A stretch of DNA of 64,000 nt from Vicinamibacteria bacterium (GTDB taxonomy: Bacteria > Acidobacteriota > Vicinamibacteria > Marinacidobacterales > Marinacidobacteraceae): the NCBI GenBank assembly GCA_963668695.2, contig CAXXLQ010000004.1:3488001-3552000 (forward strand), given 5' to 3'. Each line of letters opens with the position of its first letter. Position 1 is the stretch's first letter. A program made the position numbers and the translations under genes. This document shows, in pieces, positions 21,254 to 30,903 of this stretch. The notes below the pieces were generated by a model, which was given only the letters and a program-made list of their open reading frames with translations, searched no databases and was not told where the DNA came from.

Positions 21254-21535
21254 CTACCGGGACCAATCTCTCATCCCGAACCTCCGCTCGTGCCATCGCT
21301 GGTACTGGCGCTCGTTCTTCCATTTGATCGTGAGCTTCACGTCTTCCCCCCGGATCTTGCGGTCGAACCAACACGTCACCAGGTCACGCGCCATGAACTC
21401 CGCATCTTGCTTGGTGTTTTGGCCGTCGCCAGTGCAGGTGACGTGTGTGTGGCCGTCGGGTGCATTGAGGAACTCGATCTCCCATCCCTCGTAATCCTCC
21501 CTGGTCCAGGTTGCTACTGCGCGATATCGCTTCAT
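21254..21535 (-). CDS. Hypothetical protein, HicB-N-like fold possible
   Basis: YRAVATWTRED..WEIEF...AEFMARDLV pattern; aaggag RBS upstream; no HicA seen. Confidence 0.5.
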   Translation of the reverse strand: MKRYRAVATWTREDYEGWEIEFLNAPDGHTHVTCTGDGQNTKQDAEFMARDLVTCWFDRKIRGEDVKLTIKWKNERQYQRWHERRFGMRDWSR

Positions 21536-21649
21536 GGCCCTGCTCCTTTCTTCCAATCCTGTGCAAGAGGCGGAGGATAGGGAGGTAATGGGACATTTCC
21601 TGTCATGCGTGGTTCCGTCCTTGAAGGAGGGCGGCGATGCGTCGCCCGC

Positions 21650-21800
21650 GGCGCTGCGCGCCGCGATGCCGGCCGGAGGTCGCGTTCCCTGGCCTGTGCA
21701 TCGCGCGAGGCCCAGCAGCGACACGCGTTTCGCGGCCCTGGGGGCCGCGGTGCCGGTCTGAAGGCCCCCACCGGGAGAACTGGCCGGCGTTCCCTGCCCT
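21650..21800. repeat. REP-like family B cluster with cassette at 21764-21783
   Basis: Empty version at 52601-52630 (gccggtctgaag-a-ccggcgttccc). Confidence 0.75.
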
Positions 21801-21850
21801 ACGCGCCATGGTGCCGGCCGGCGGCCGGCGGTCCCGGCCCAGCCGGGCCG

Positions 21851-22570
21851 TCAGTCCGTGGGGAGTTCGTCCTTCAGGGCGGCGTTCGCGATGCGGGTGA
21901 CACGGCGGATCAGGTAGAAGGTGGCGAGGAGTCCGAGGATGGTGAGCGCCGCGGACCAGGAAAAGCTCTCCGTAGCGAGGGTTGCGCCGGCCCTGGCCGC
22001 GGCCCCCAAATGGGCAAAGAAGCAGGCTCCCACCGGGGCCGCGAGGAAGGAACCAAGCGCGTAGTTCCGGAAGCGCACCGGGGTCGTCGCCCAGCCGAAG
22101 TTCTGGAACGCGAAGGGGAAAAGCGGCGAGAGCCGGGTGAGGCACACCGTGCGGACACCGGCGTCGCCGAGCGCGGCAAGGATCCGGCTCACCGACCGGA
22201 ACCGTCCGAGCCATGGCGCAAGCCACCGCCGGAGAAACAGCCTCCCGACCGCGAAGGCGGCGAGCGAACCGAGGAACGTCCCCAGGGTGGCATAGACCAT
22301 CCCCGGCCCCAGGCCGAACAAGAATCCGGCGGCGAGACAAAAGACCGTGTTCGGCAGCGCGAACGCGACCAGGAGCACGTGCACGAGAACCAGCGCCACC
22401 GGACTCGTCGGGATCCACTCCGGCGGCAGGAACGGCTCGTCTCCTGCCCCGCCGAAGAGCAGCGGCAGCAGCAGGACGTTCAGAACGAACAGGATCCAGA
22501 GCGCCGGCTGCCAGAAGCGCCGAACCAGCCCTCGGACCCCCTTCTCCCCGGAATCGGGGTCAGAGGTCAA
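21851..22570 (-). CDS. TVP38/TMEM64 (VTT/DedA-like) membrane protein
   Basis: AAGFLFG...GSLAAFAVGR; RLSPLFPF; TTG start overlapping the mmsA stop. Confidence 0.85.
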   Translation of the reverse strand: MTSDPDSGEKGVRGLVRRFWQPALWILFVLNVLLLPLLFGGAGDEPFLPPEWIPTSPVALVLVHVLLVAFALPNTVFCLAAGFLFGLGPGMVYATLGTFLGSLAAFAVGRLFLRRWLAPWLGRFRSVSRILAALGDAGVRTVCLTRLSPLFPFAFQNFGWATTPVRFRNYALGSFLAAPVGACFFAHLGAAARAGATLATESFSWSAALTILGLLATFYLIRRVTRIANAALKDELPTD

Positions 22571-24048
22571 AAGCGCTTCGAGGCGTCCCGGGGCCAGCGC
22601 TCCACGACGACTTTCGTCTGAGTGTAGAACTCGATCGCGTGCGCGCCCTGCGCGTGCAGGTCTCCGAAGAAGCTGCCGCGCCAGCCGCTGAAGGGGAAAT
22701 ATGCCATCGGGGCGGCCACTCCGACGTTGATCCCCACGTTCCCGGTGAGAACCTCGTGGCGGAAGCGGCGGGCGGCGCGGCCGTCGTTCGTGAAGAGGCA
22801 CGCCATGTTGCCGAACTCGCCGCCGTTCACGAAGGCGACCGCGTCCTCGATGGAGTCCACCCGGATGATGCCGAGCACCGGCCCGAAGATCTCGGTGCGG
22901 GCGATCTCTCCCTCGGCCGGTAGTCCGTCCAGCACCGTCGGACGCACGAAGAAGCCGTCCTCGAGACCCGGGACCCGGGCTCCCCGGCCGTCCACCACCG
23001 CCCGGGCGTCCTCCCGATCCACGGCCTGACCGATCAGCCCTTCGATGCGCTCGCGGCTCTCCTCCCGGATCACCGGACCCATGTCCACCGCCTCGTCGAG
23101 CCCGGAACCCACCACCCGGCTCTCGGCGGCGGCGCTCACCAGGTCCCGGAAGGGTTCATGGGCGCCGCCCACGGTGATCGCCAAAGACGCGGCCAGACAC
23201 CGCTGACCCGCGCACCCGAAGGCGCTCTCGGCGACCGTCCCGACCGCCGCCTCGATGTCGGCGTCTTCGAGCACCACCACCGGGTTCTTGGCCCCGCCCT
23301 GGCATTGGACGCGTTTCCCGTTGCCGGCAGCCTGCGCGTAGACGGCCCGGGCCACCGGAGAAGAGCCGACGAAACTCACCGCGGCGACGTCCGGATGCTC
23401 CAGCAGCGCGGAGACCGCCTCCCGCCCGCCGTGGATGACCTGCACCACCCCAGGGGGGAATCCCGCCTCCGTGAGGAGCTGCGTCACCCACTGCATCGTG
23501 AGCGGCGTCTTCTCGGAAGGCTTCATGACCACCGTGTTGCCGCAGGCGAGCGCGTAGGGCAGAAACCAGAACGGGATCATCGCGGGGAAGTTGAAGGGCG
23601 CGATCACCGCCACCACCCCGACCGGCTGGCGGATCATGAACTCGTCGATCCCGCGGGCGATGTCCTCCAGCACCCGGCCCTGCATCAGCGAGGGGATCCC
23701 GCAGGCCACCTCCACGTTTTCAATGGCCCGCCGCAACTCGCCGCGGGACTCGGCCAGCGTCTTGCCGCACTCGGTGGTCACGACTCTCGAGATTTCCTCG
23801 AAATCGCGCTCGAGGAGGGCCTTCAATCGGAAAAGCGGCTGCACCCGGTCGCCGGGCGGCGTCTCCCGCCACTCGCGAAGCGCGTCCCGGGCGCTCGCCA
23901 CCGCGCGGCCCACATCCTTGGGTCCGGACAGCGGAATCCGGAACAGGATCTCCCCGGTCGCGGGGTTGAGAACCGGCAGGGTCTCGGAGGCCGACGGCGC
24001 GAGATAGCTACCGCCGATAAAGTTGGGCAGGGTCGCGGTTTCGGCCAT
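22567..24048 (-). CDS. mmsA: CoA-acylating methylmalonate-semialdehyde dehydrogenase
   Basis: APFNFPAMIP, SFVGSSP, QGGAKN, AFGCAGQRC, EIFGPV, FPFSGW. Confidence 0.93.
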   Translation of the reverse strand: MAETATLPNFIGGSYLAPSASETLPVLNPATGEILFRIPLSGPKDVGRAVASARDALREWRETPPGDRVQPLFRLKALLERDFEEISRVVTTECGKTLAESRGELRRAIENVEVACGIPSLMQGRVLEDIARGIDEFMIRQPVGVVAVIAPFNFPAMIPFWFLPYALACGNTVVMKPSEKTPLTMQWVTQLLTEAGFPPGVVQVIHGGREAVSALLEHPDVAAVSFVGSSPVARAVYAQAAGNGKRVQCQGGAKNPVVVLEDADIEAAVGTVAESAFGCAGQRCLAASLAITVGGAHEPFRDLVSAAAESRVVGSGLDEAVDMGPVIREESRERIEGLIGQAVDREDARAVVDGRGARVPGLEDGFFVRPTVLDGLPAEGEIARTEIFGPVLGIIRVDSIEDAVAFVNGGEFGNMACLFTNDGRAARRFRHEVLTGNVGINVGVAAPMAYFPFSGWRGSFFGDLHAQGAHAIEFYTQTKVVVERWPRDASKRF

Positions 24049-24078
24049 GTTCGTTCGCGCGTAGGATACGCGCGCGAC

Positions 24079-26421
24079 ATGCTGTGTTTCCCTGTGAATT
24101 CCGGGGGCTTCAGGCGTTTTCGTCTGGCGCTCCTGCCCGGCTGCCTGCTCCTCGCGCCCTTGGCTGCGGGAACCCCCACCCCGCCGAATGAAGGAGCGGT
24201 CCAGGCGCTCGCCGAGGGCATGGAAGGCCCCGTGGTGGACGGGCTGGTGACCGACGAACAGTGGTCTTCGGTCGAACCGTTTACCGACTTCATCCAGCAG
24301 GAACCGGACAACGGGGCCCCGGCCACCGAGCGGACGGAAGTCCGCCTGCTCCTCTCCGAGACCACGCTCTACGTGGGAATCGTCGCCTTCGACAGCGAGC
24401 CCGAACGGGTGCTCGTCTCGGAGAGCCGCCGGGACGGCGACCTCAACGAATCCGACTCCGTCCAGATCGTCCTCGACACCTTCAACGACAGCCAGAACGC
24501 CTTCCTCTTCGGCACGAATCCGGAGGGGATCGAGTACGACGGCCAGATCGCCGGCGAGGGGGCAATCGGCGGTTACAACCCCACCCCCGGCCGGCGGGGC
24601 TCGCAGCGCGGCGGCATCACCGGATTCAACGCCAACTGGGACGGCGACTGGACGGTGCGCTCGCAGCGGAGCGACCGCGGCTGGGAGAGCGAGTTCGCGA
24701 TTCCGCTCCGGACGCTCCGCTACCAGCCCGGGCGGAACCAGACCTGGGGCCTGAACGTGATGCGGAACATCCGCCGCAAGAACGAGCAAGCGTTCCTCGC
24801 CCCCATTCCCCGCGGCTACAACATCTACCGGGTCTCACTGGCGCAGAAGGTCACCGGGCTCAACCTGCCGTCACGGCGGGACATCAAGGTCACCCCGTTC
24901 GCGCTCGGCGAAGCGAGCCGGAACCCGCTCGCGGTCCGCTCCGAGAACCGCGAAACCGAAGGCCTCGACATCGGGCTCGACGTGAAGTGGGGCGTCACCC
25001 CGAACCTCACCGTGGATCTGACCGCGAACACCGACTTCGCCCAGGTGGAGGCGGACGACCAGCAGGTCAACCTGACCCGCTTCCCGCTCTTCTTCCCCGA
25101 AAAGCGGCCCTTCTTCCTCGAAAACGCCTCCACCTTCCAGTTCGGGGCGCCCCAGGAGGTGGACCTCTTCTTCAGCCGCCGGATCGGCCTGAACGCCGGA
25201 CAGCCGGTGGGGATCGTCGGCGGCGCCCGGCTCTCCGGGAAGGTGGGTTCGACGAACATCGGCCTCATGAACATGCAGACCGACGCGGCCTTCAATCGCG
25301 AGACCGGCGCCCTGGCGCTCGCGGCCAACAACGTCATGGTGGCGCGGGTCCAGCGCGAGTTCGGACGGTCCAACATCGGCGGCATCCTGGTCAACCGGCA
25401 GGCCACCGGCGAGTGGGCGGAGCAGGGCGACCACAACCGTGCCTTCGGCGCCGACGCGGCGATCCAGATCGGGGAGCGCGCCCGGTTCTTCACCTTCCTG
25501 GCCAAGACCGCTTCCGCGAACGGGGAGACGGACGGCAGCGCCGGCCGAACGATGGCGGGCAGGGTCTTCCTCAACTATGCCCATCGGGTCCATCAGGGCC
25601 ACATCGGCTTCACCCAGGTGGGAGAGGATTTCAATCCCGAGGTCGGTTTCGTTCCGCGCCGCGGTTTCCGCAAGTACCAGGCGCGCTACTTCTTCGACTG
25701 GCAGCCCACCCAGATCTCCGCCCTTTCCTGGGTTCGCCGCTTTTCGCCGCACGTGACCTGGAACGCCTACTACGGTTTCGACGGCGAGGTCGAGTCGGGA
25801 CGCGGCCACTGGCATCCAATCGAGTTCCAGCCGAATGTGGGGGGCCGCTTCGGGCTGTTCATCGATCGCCACCGGGACCGGCCGCTTCGCGATTTCACCG
25901 TGTACTCCGGGGTGGACGGGAACCGGGTGATGATCCCGCCGGGGCTCTACAACTGGACGCAGGTGAGCGTGAACTGGATCGGGAATGCCAGCGCCCGGCT
26001 CTACCCGACGATCTACTGCCGCACCGGGAGCTTCTACGACGGCACCCGCCGGGGCTGCAACGGCAGCATCAATGGGCGCATCGGGGCCACCTTCCAGGCG
26101 AGCGTCGGTTTTAATCGGGACGTCGTGGAACTGCCGGGAGGCAACTTCACGAGTGACCTGATCCCGATCCGGGTGAACTACTCGTTCACCCCGCTGCGCC
26201 GGCTGGAAGCGCTGATCCAGTACAACAGCCAGACCGCCTCGGTCTCCTCAAACATCCGGCTGGTCATGCTCAACCGGAGCGGAACCGGACTCTTCCTCGT
26301 CTACAACGACCTGCGCAACACCGCCAACTTCGACCGCTTCGACGACGAGACCGGGTTCCTGGTGCCCAACGTGCTGGGCCGGTCGCTCATCATCAAGTAC
26401 ACGCGCCTCTTCGACTTCTAG
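24079..26421 (+). CDS. DUF5916 / CBM9-like outer-membrane protein
   Basis: WESEFAIPLRTLRY; NTDFAQVEADDQQVNLTRFPLFFPEKRPFFLEN; C-terminal Phe. Confidence 0.9.
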   Translation: MLCFPVNSGGFRRFRLALLPGCLLLAPLAAGTPTPPNEGAVQALAEGMEGPVVDGLVTDEQWSSVEPFTDFIQQEPDNGAPATERTEVRLLLSETTLYVGIVAFDSEPERVLVSESRRDGDLNESDSVQIVLDTFNDSQNAFLFGTNPEGIEYDGQIAGEGAIGGYNPTPGRRGSQRGGITGFNANWDGDWTVRSQRSDRGWESEFAIPLRTLRYQPGRNQTWGLNVMRNIRRKNEQAFLAPIPRGYNIYRVSLAQKVTGLNLPSRRDIKVTPFALGEASRNPLAVRSENRETEGLDIGLDVKWGVTPNLTVDLTANTDFAQVEADDQQVNLTRFPLFFPEKRPFFLENASTFQFGAPQEVDLFFSRRIGLNAGQPVGIVGGARLSGKVGSTNIGLMNMQTDAAFNRETGALALAANNVMVARVQREFGRSNIGGILVNRQATGEWAEQGDHNRAFGADAAIQIGERARFFTFLAKTASANGETDGSAGRTMAGRVFLNYAHRVHQGHIGFTQVGEDFNPEVGFVPRRGFRKYQARYFFDWQPTQISALSWVRRFSPHVTWNAYYGFDGEVESGRGHWHPIEFQPNVGGRFGLFIDRHRDRPLRDFTVYSGVDGNRVMIPPGLYNWTQVSVNWIGNASARLYPTIYCRTGSFYDGTRRGCNGSINGRIGATFQASVGFNRDVVELPGGNFTSDLIPIRVNYSFTPLRRLEALIQYNSQTASVSSNIRLVMLNRSGTGLFLVYNDLRNTANFDRFDDETGFLVPNVLGRSLIIKYTRLFDF

Positions 26422-26658
26422 GCGCCTGTGGTGGAACCCGGGTGAGCGCCGAGAGCGGCCAGTTCTCCCGGTGGGGGCGAGGCGCCTGCCTGACAAGGCG
26501 CGTGAGGAAGGAATACCGAGTGTATTCCGACCGAAACGCAACGCGGAGCGCCGCAAAGCGCCAGTTCTCCCGGTGGGGGGGCGGTTCAGGCGGGATGGAT
26601 CGCCGCTCGAGCCCCCACCGGGAGAACTGGGCCGCTTGGGTTTCACCACCGGCTGCTA
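26419..26658. mobile_element. MITE family A copy with three 20-nt cassettes, at the DUF5916 stop codon
   Basis: Same internal sequence as the 19981 copy; cassettes at 26459, 26561 and 26611. Confidence 0.85.
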
Positions 26659-26672
26659 GGCGCCGCGGGTCT

Positions 26673-27659
26673 TCACCGCGGCACACCGGGCCACAGCACT
26701 TCGGTCCGGTGGATCGCCTCCCCTACATCGGTCTCCACCAGAATGGTGTGTTGCCCCGGCTCAAAACCCGGCGGTGGGCGGAAGCGCAAGGATAGGCGTG
26801 CGGCGATCGCGCTCCCAAGCGCCGCGATCTCCCGCTGGATGGCTTCGGGGTCGCCGTTCGTCGAGATGACTCCCCCGCCGGTCGCGTTTCCGAGATCGAC
26901 AAGGCCCTGGAAGGGGTTCACACTCCGCATGCCCCCAAGGTCGAGTTCTTCGACCTGCACGAAGCGCCCCTCGTAGTGCCAACGGAGCGCGAAACCGTCG
27001 TCATTGACGAGGTCGTATGCGCCGCGCAGTCGGCCTCCCCCCCGTGCCGCCGCCGGAGCGGTAACGGCGAGCACCATCGGAGCGATGCCGCGGGTCGCGA
27101 TCAGTGGCCACACCTCGTCAGTCCAGCTTGCCCCGTCCTGCCCGTCGGTAAACAGGACAAGAACGGGACGGCCCGCAGCATCCGCCAACAGACCGAGAGC
27201 CACCATCAAAGCGTTGTTCAGGGCTGCCGGACCACCGCTGACCAGTTTGGAGACTGCCTCCGCCGCCTCGGTGCAGGTGCCGTCCCATCCCGCATGCTGG
27301 ATGACGGTTCTCGTGAAGGCGATCACCGCGCAGCGGTCCTTGTCACCGAGCCCCGAAAGGAACTCTTGGAACCCGGTGATGACAGCCTCCAGCCGGTCGC
27401 CCGAGACGGAACTGCTGAGATCCAGCACCGCCGCAACCGCGAGCGGCTCGTCGGGGGACCACTCGAAGGACGCCGACTCGCCGTCCACCAGGAGTCGGAG
27501 CGGCCGCGGATCGTGAAGCGACATGACCTCGCCGTCCCGATGTGCGTAGACCTCGATCCTCACTTCGTCCCCGGCCCCGAACACCTCCTGCGCTCCGACC
27601 GCTATCGGGAACGCCAGGAGTACGGCACCGAGCGCGATCGAGCGTCCGGAGCGCCTCAA
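26673..27659 (-). CDS. VWA-domain protein (acidobacterial VWFA-related)
   Basis: LDLSSSV MIDAS; LFTDGQD; ATGG; signal peptide. Confidence 0.85.
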   Translation of the reverse strand: MRRSGRSIALGAVLLAFPIAVGAQEVFGAGDEVRIEVYAHRDGEVMSLHDPRPLRLLVDGESASFEWSPDEPLAVAAVLDLSSSVSGDRLEAVITGFQEFLSGLGDKDRCAVIAFTRTVIQHAGWDGTCTEAAEAVSKLVSGGPAALNNALMVALGLLADAAGRPVLVLFTDGQDGASWTDEVWPLIATRGIAPMVLAVTAPAAARGGGRLRGAYDLVNDDGFALRWHYEGRFVQVEELDLGGMRSVNPFQGLVDLGNATGGGVISTNGDPEAIQREIAALGSAIAARLSLRFRPPPGFEPGQHTILVETDVGEAIHRTEVLWPGVPR

Positions 27660-28693
27660 GGTGGCTCCCCTTCAGTCGACTGTCCCTGAGCTTCCGCCCT
27701 GAGGGATTCGAAGGCCTCGTCCAAATCGCGCGCCGGACCGAGCCAGAACTGCCACTCGGGCTCCCAGCCCACCGCGCGGCGGTCGAGAAGGGTTTTCGCG
27801 GCCTCCGCAGCACCGACATGGTCGCGAAGCGCCATGCGCGCGGCAATGAGGCCGGAGGCCGCCGCCGGCGAGGTGCGGGCGCGCCGCAGCGCGCCGACGA
27901 ACTCGTGTTCGGCGGCCACAAAGTCGCCGTTGTTCAGGGCAGTTTCGCCACGCACCAGATGCACCACGGCGCGAAGCAGCGGCCGCATGCGCGCCCCCTC
28001 CAGCCGCGCGAGCTCGGCCGCCGCTTCCTCCTCTCGACCGAGCCGCACGAGAATACTCGCCAGCCGAACCCGAAGTTCCGCGTCGTCTGGCGTCTCGCGC
28101 AGGACATCGCGAAGCACATCCCCGGCGCGCGCGGTCAGGCGTTCCTCCCCTCGCAGCCGCCCTCCCATATGGAGCACCCGGGCGAGAGCCACCTGCAGAT
28201 CACGATCACCCGGCAGTAGTCCGAGAGCTGAGTCCAGGAACCTTTCCGCGGCCAGCGGGTTGATCGCGTGATGGTAGGAGTAGGCAACGGCCAGCGACCA
28301 GCGGCGCAGCCAGCTCTCGCGGGAAGCTGGATCGGGGATCGCGAGGTTCAGTTTCGTCGCAAGCGCCAGATGCGCCTCCCCGCCGCTGCCGAGTCCGAGA
28401 GCCGCCTCGGTGTGGAGAAGCGCGGCGCGCTTGATTGCAGCGGCCGGCGGGGGTTCCCGGAGAAAATCCGCGACCACGAGTCCCAAAGACTCCGGGCGAT
28501 ACCGGGCGAGTTCCCGCCCCAGGGCCCCGAGCGGTCCACGCTGCGCCTCCTCGATCAACCCACGGTATTCCTCGAGGGTCAGATACCGCTGCGCGAAGGC
28601 GGGTACCGAGAGGAGGAAGCCGGCGCCGCAAAGAAGGAGACACCATCGCGTCCACTTGGTCCTGGCCATCCCGCACGCCTCCCGCACCGGCAA
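27656..28693 (-). CDS. Secreted tetratricopeptide-repeat protein
   Basis: Signal peptide; Ala/Leu-rich TPR-like helices (PDDAELRVRLA...LGREEEA). Confidence 0.7.
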   Translation of the reverse strand: MPVREACGMARTKWTRWCLLLCGAGFLLSVPAFAQRYLTLEEYRGLIEEAQRGPLGALGRELARYRPESLGLVVADFLREPPPAAAIKRAALLHTEAALGLGSGGEAHLALATKLNLAIPDPASRESWLRRWSLAVAYSYHHAINPLAAERFLDSALGLLPGDRDLQVALARVLHMGGRLRGEERLTARAGDVLRDVLRETPDDAELRVRLASILVRLGREEEAAAELARLEGARMRPLLRAVVHLVRGETALNNGDFVAAEHEFVGALRRARTSPAAASGLIAARMALRDHVGAAEAAKTLLDRRAVGWEPEWQFWLGPARDLDEAFESLRAEAQGQSTEGEPP

Positions 28694-28824
28694 CTAGATC
28701 CTAGCCATCCGGTTCCTGGCGGGCGTGCCCTAGCCGGCGCGCAGTTGGAGGAGCAGACGCGCGCCGCGACCCCGCGCCCGAACGTATCCCCGCAGAGTCA
28801 GCCGGACCGCGTCAGTTCGCGGGG

Positions 28825-29046
28825 TCAGTTCGCGGGGATCTTGTCGAGAATCTCGGCGTTCTCGGGAAAGCGGCCGGTGTCGTACTTGGAGTAGATCAGT
28901 TCGCTGTCCACCTTCACGTCGAAGATGCCCTTGCCGCCTTCGATGAGTTCGGGCTCGATGCCCCGAGCCTCCCGGATTGCCGCCGCCAGACTGGAGGCGC
29001 TAGGGAGGTAATTTCAAACGACGCAGTAGGTGATCGAGATCTTCAT
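28825..29046 (-). CDS. SelT/SelW/SelH (Rdx) family selenoprotein, Sec at TGA 29014-29016
   Basis: 73 aa MKISITYCVVUNYLP...GGKGIFDVKVD..LIYSK...GRFP; CxxU motif; hairpin just 3' of the UGA. Confidence 0.9.
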
Positions 29047-29115
29047 GAGAGGCTCACAACTCCGCGGGAAAGGCGCCGGAACGCAACATCCGACAGGGTG
29101 GGGGGGAAGCGATGA

Positions 29116-29193
29116 TGGCGGGGCCGACGGGACTCGAACCCGCGACCTCCGGCGTGACAGGCCGGCGTTCTGGACCAACTGAACTACGACCCC
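29116..29193 (-). tRNA. tRNA-Asp(GTC)
   Basis: GGGGTCGTAGTTCAGTTGG...CTGTCAC...GTTCGAGTCCC...CCCCGCCA cloverleaf. Confidence 0.97.
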
Positions 29194-29249
29194 ATCTCTC
29201 GCAAGAGCGCGGATATTAGCAGCCCGTAGACAGGGTGAGCCGGCATTAG

Positions 29250-29882
29250 ACCGCGGATCCACTCCGGCTGACCGTTCCACTGGGCGTTGCGATCCGGTCG
29301 GAATACGCTCGGGATACCTCCCGAATCGCGCCTTGTCAGCCGGGCCCCCACCGGGAGAACTGGCCCCACCGGGAGAACTGGGCCTCCCCACTCTCGATGC
29401 TCGCCTCACTCTGCCCACGGGCCGTTAGCAGCCTGTGGTGAAACCCAGCCGGCCCAGTTCTCCCGGTGGGGGCTCGGCCGGCGATCCATCCCGGCCTGAA
29501 AAGTTCTCCCGGTGGGGGCTCGGCCGGCGATCCATCCCGGCTGAACCGCCGGTATCGTTGCGTTTCGGTCGAAACACCCGGGCCAGTTCTCCCGGTGGGG
29601 GCTCCTCCCTCACGCGCCTTGTCAGCCGGGCGTCTCGCCCCCACCGGGAGAACTGGCCGGCCTCGGCGCTCACCCGGGTTCCACCACAGGCTGTTCACCG
29701 CGTCGCTTCGCGCCGCTCATCGTTGCGTTTCGGTCGAAATACACCCGGGCCAGTTCTCCCGGTGGGGGCTCCTCCCTCACACGCCTTGTCAGCCGGACCC
29801 CCACCGGGAGAACTGGGCCTCGCCCCCACCGGGAGAACTGGCCAACCTCGGCGCTCGCTCGGGTTCCACCACGGGCCGTTAG
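29250..29882. mobile_element. Cluster of about three MITE family A copies/fragments with 9 cassettes
   Basis: Repeated cgccttgtcagcc and cgtttcggtcg cores; GCAGCCTGTGG end at ~29428. Confidence 0.8.
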
Positions 29883-29977
29883 CAGTCTCCCGCCCGCCCG
29901 GAACAGACCGCTTCCGCCTCCGGGGATCCCGTTCGCTCCGGGGCCAGGCTCTATGGTATTCTTACGGGTCGCGCGCC

Positions 29978-30256
29978 ATGCGGTTGACCAAGAGCCAGGT
30001 CCAATTCCTGGGCTACCGGATTACCGACGACCTGCAGGTCGCCGGCTATATCGATCCGGAAGATCCGAACGCCCTGATGGATACGATCGTGGAACTCATT
30101 ACCGAAGATCTGCACCACGAAGACGATCTCAACGAAGAGGTTCGCAAACTTCTCGACGGTTACGGCGAGGAGATCCGCACCGGCGGCGTCGAGTACCGAG
30201 AAATGTTCAAGCTGGTCAAGAAACGGCTCGCCCGCGAGCAGGGGATGATCCTCTAG
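29978..30256 (+). CDS. DUF507 family protein
   Basis: EDDLNEEVRKLL...MFKLVKKRLAREQGMIL. Confidence 0.85.
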   Translation: MRLTKSQVQFLGYRITDDLQVAGYIDPEDPNALMDTIVELITEDLHHEDDLNEEVRKLLDGYGEEIRTGGVEYREMFKLVKKRLAREQGMIL

Positions 30257-30296
30257 GGATGCCGCGGACGCCCGCTGCCTTGCCGAAGACCCAGCC

Positions 30297-30602
30297 ATGC
30301 GCCTGACCAACGGAAAAATCAATCACCTCGCGAACCAGATCATGGATCTGCTCCGCGGCGATGAGTCGGTCGAGTTTTTTGCCGCGGACAACGAGATCCG
30401 CCGCATGATCATGCGGATCATCAACGCCGAACTCGAAGACGACGAGCGCATCGACCAGATCGTGCGCCGCAAGATCGATAGCCAGAGCCGGACCGTGCAG
30501 CAGGGCACCGAGACCTGGGACATCCTCTATCGCCGTTACTACGACGAGGAGATGATCAAGACCCGGCGGGTGATCCCCGGCCAGGAACGCGCTACGGAAT
30601 AA
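30297..30602 (+). CDS. DUF507 family protein (second paralogue)
   Basis: MRLTNGKINHLA...VRRKIDSQSR..QGTETWDILYRRYYDEE. Confidence 0.85.
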   Translation: MRLTNGKINHLANQIMDLLRGDESVEFFAADNEIRRMIMRIINAELEDDERIDQIVRRKIDSQSRTVQQGTETWDILYRRYYDEEMIKTRRVIPGQERATE

Positions 30603-30606
30603 CGCT

Positions 30607-30735
30607 GGGAACGCCGGCCTTCAGGCCCCCACCGGGAGAACCGGCCGGCAGCGCGGCCCGCCGGCAGCGCGGCCCGCCGGCAAGGAACGCCGGTGTTCAC
30701 ACCGGCATCGCGGCCGCAGGCCGCGAAACGCGCAC
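30607..30735. repeat. REP-like family B pair, cassette at 30625-30644
   Basis: gggaacgccgg...ccggca and ggaacgccggtgttcacaccggcatcg units. Confidence 0.75.
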
Positions 30736-30841
30736 CGCCAGGCCCTTCCGTCGCCCGTCAACGGGAGAGCTTCCGACGCTGACCGCAGCTCGCCACGGAG
30801 CAATATCCGGCGATTGACACAAATACGCTGACCAGTAGATA

Positions 30842-30870
30842 TTGCCATTTATCCGTATGTCGGCTATTAT
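30842..30870 (+). promoter_or_regulatory. Sigma70-like promoter of the AbiEi module
   Basis: TTGCCA-N17-TATTAT. Confidence 0.6.
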
Positions 30871-30903
30871 CGCATTATCCGCTGCGCAGCGAATAATGAC
30901 TTC

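Noticed and set aside
22567-26421. 740-aa and 1087-aa overlapping ORFs
   Set aside because: High-GC antisense extensions; the real starts are at 24048 (mmsA) and 24079.
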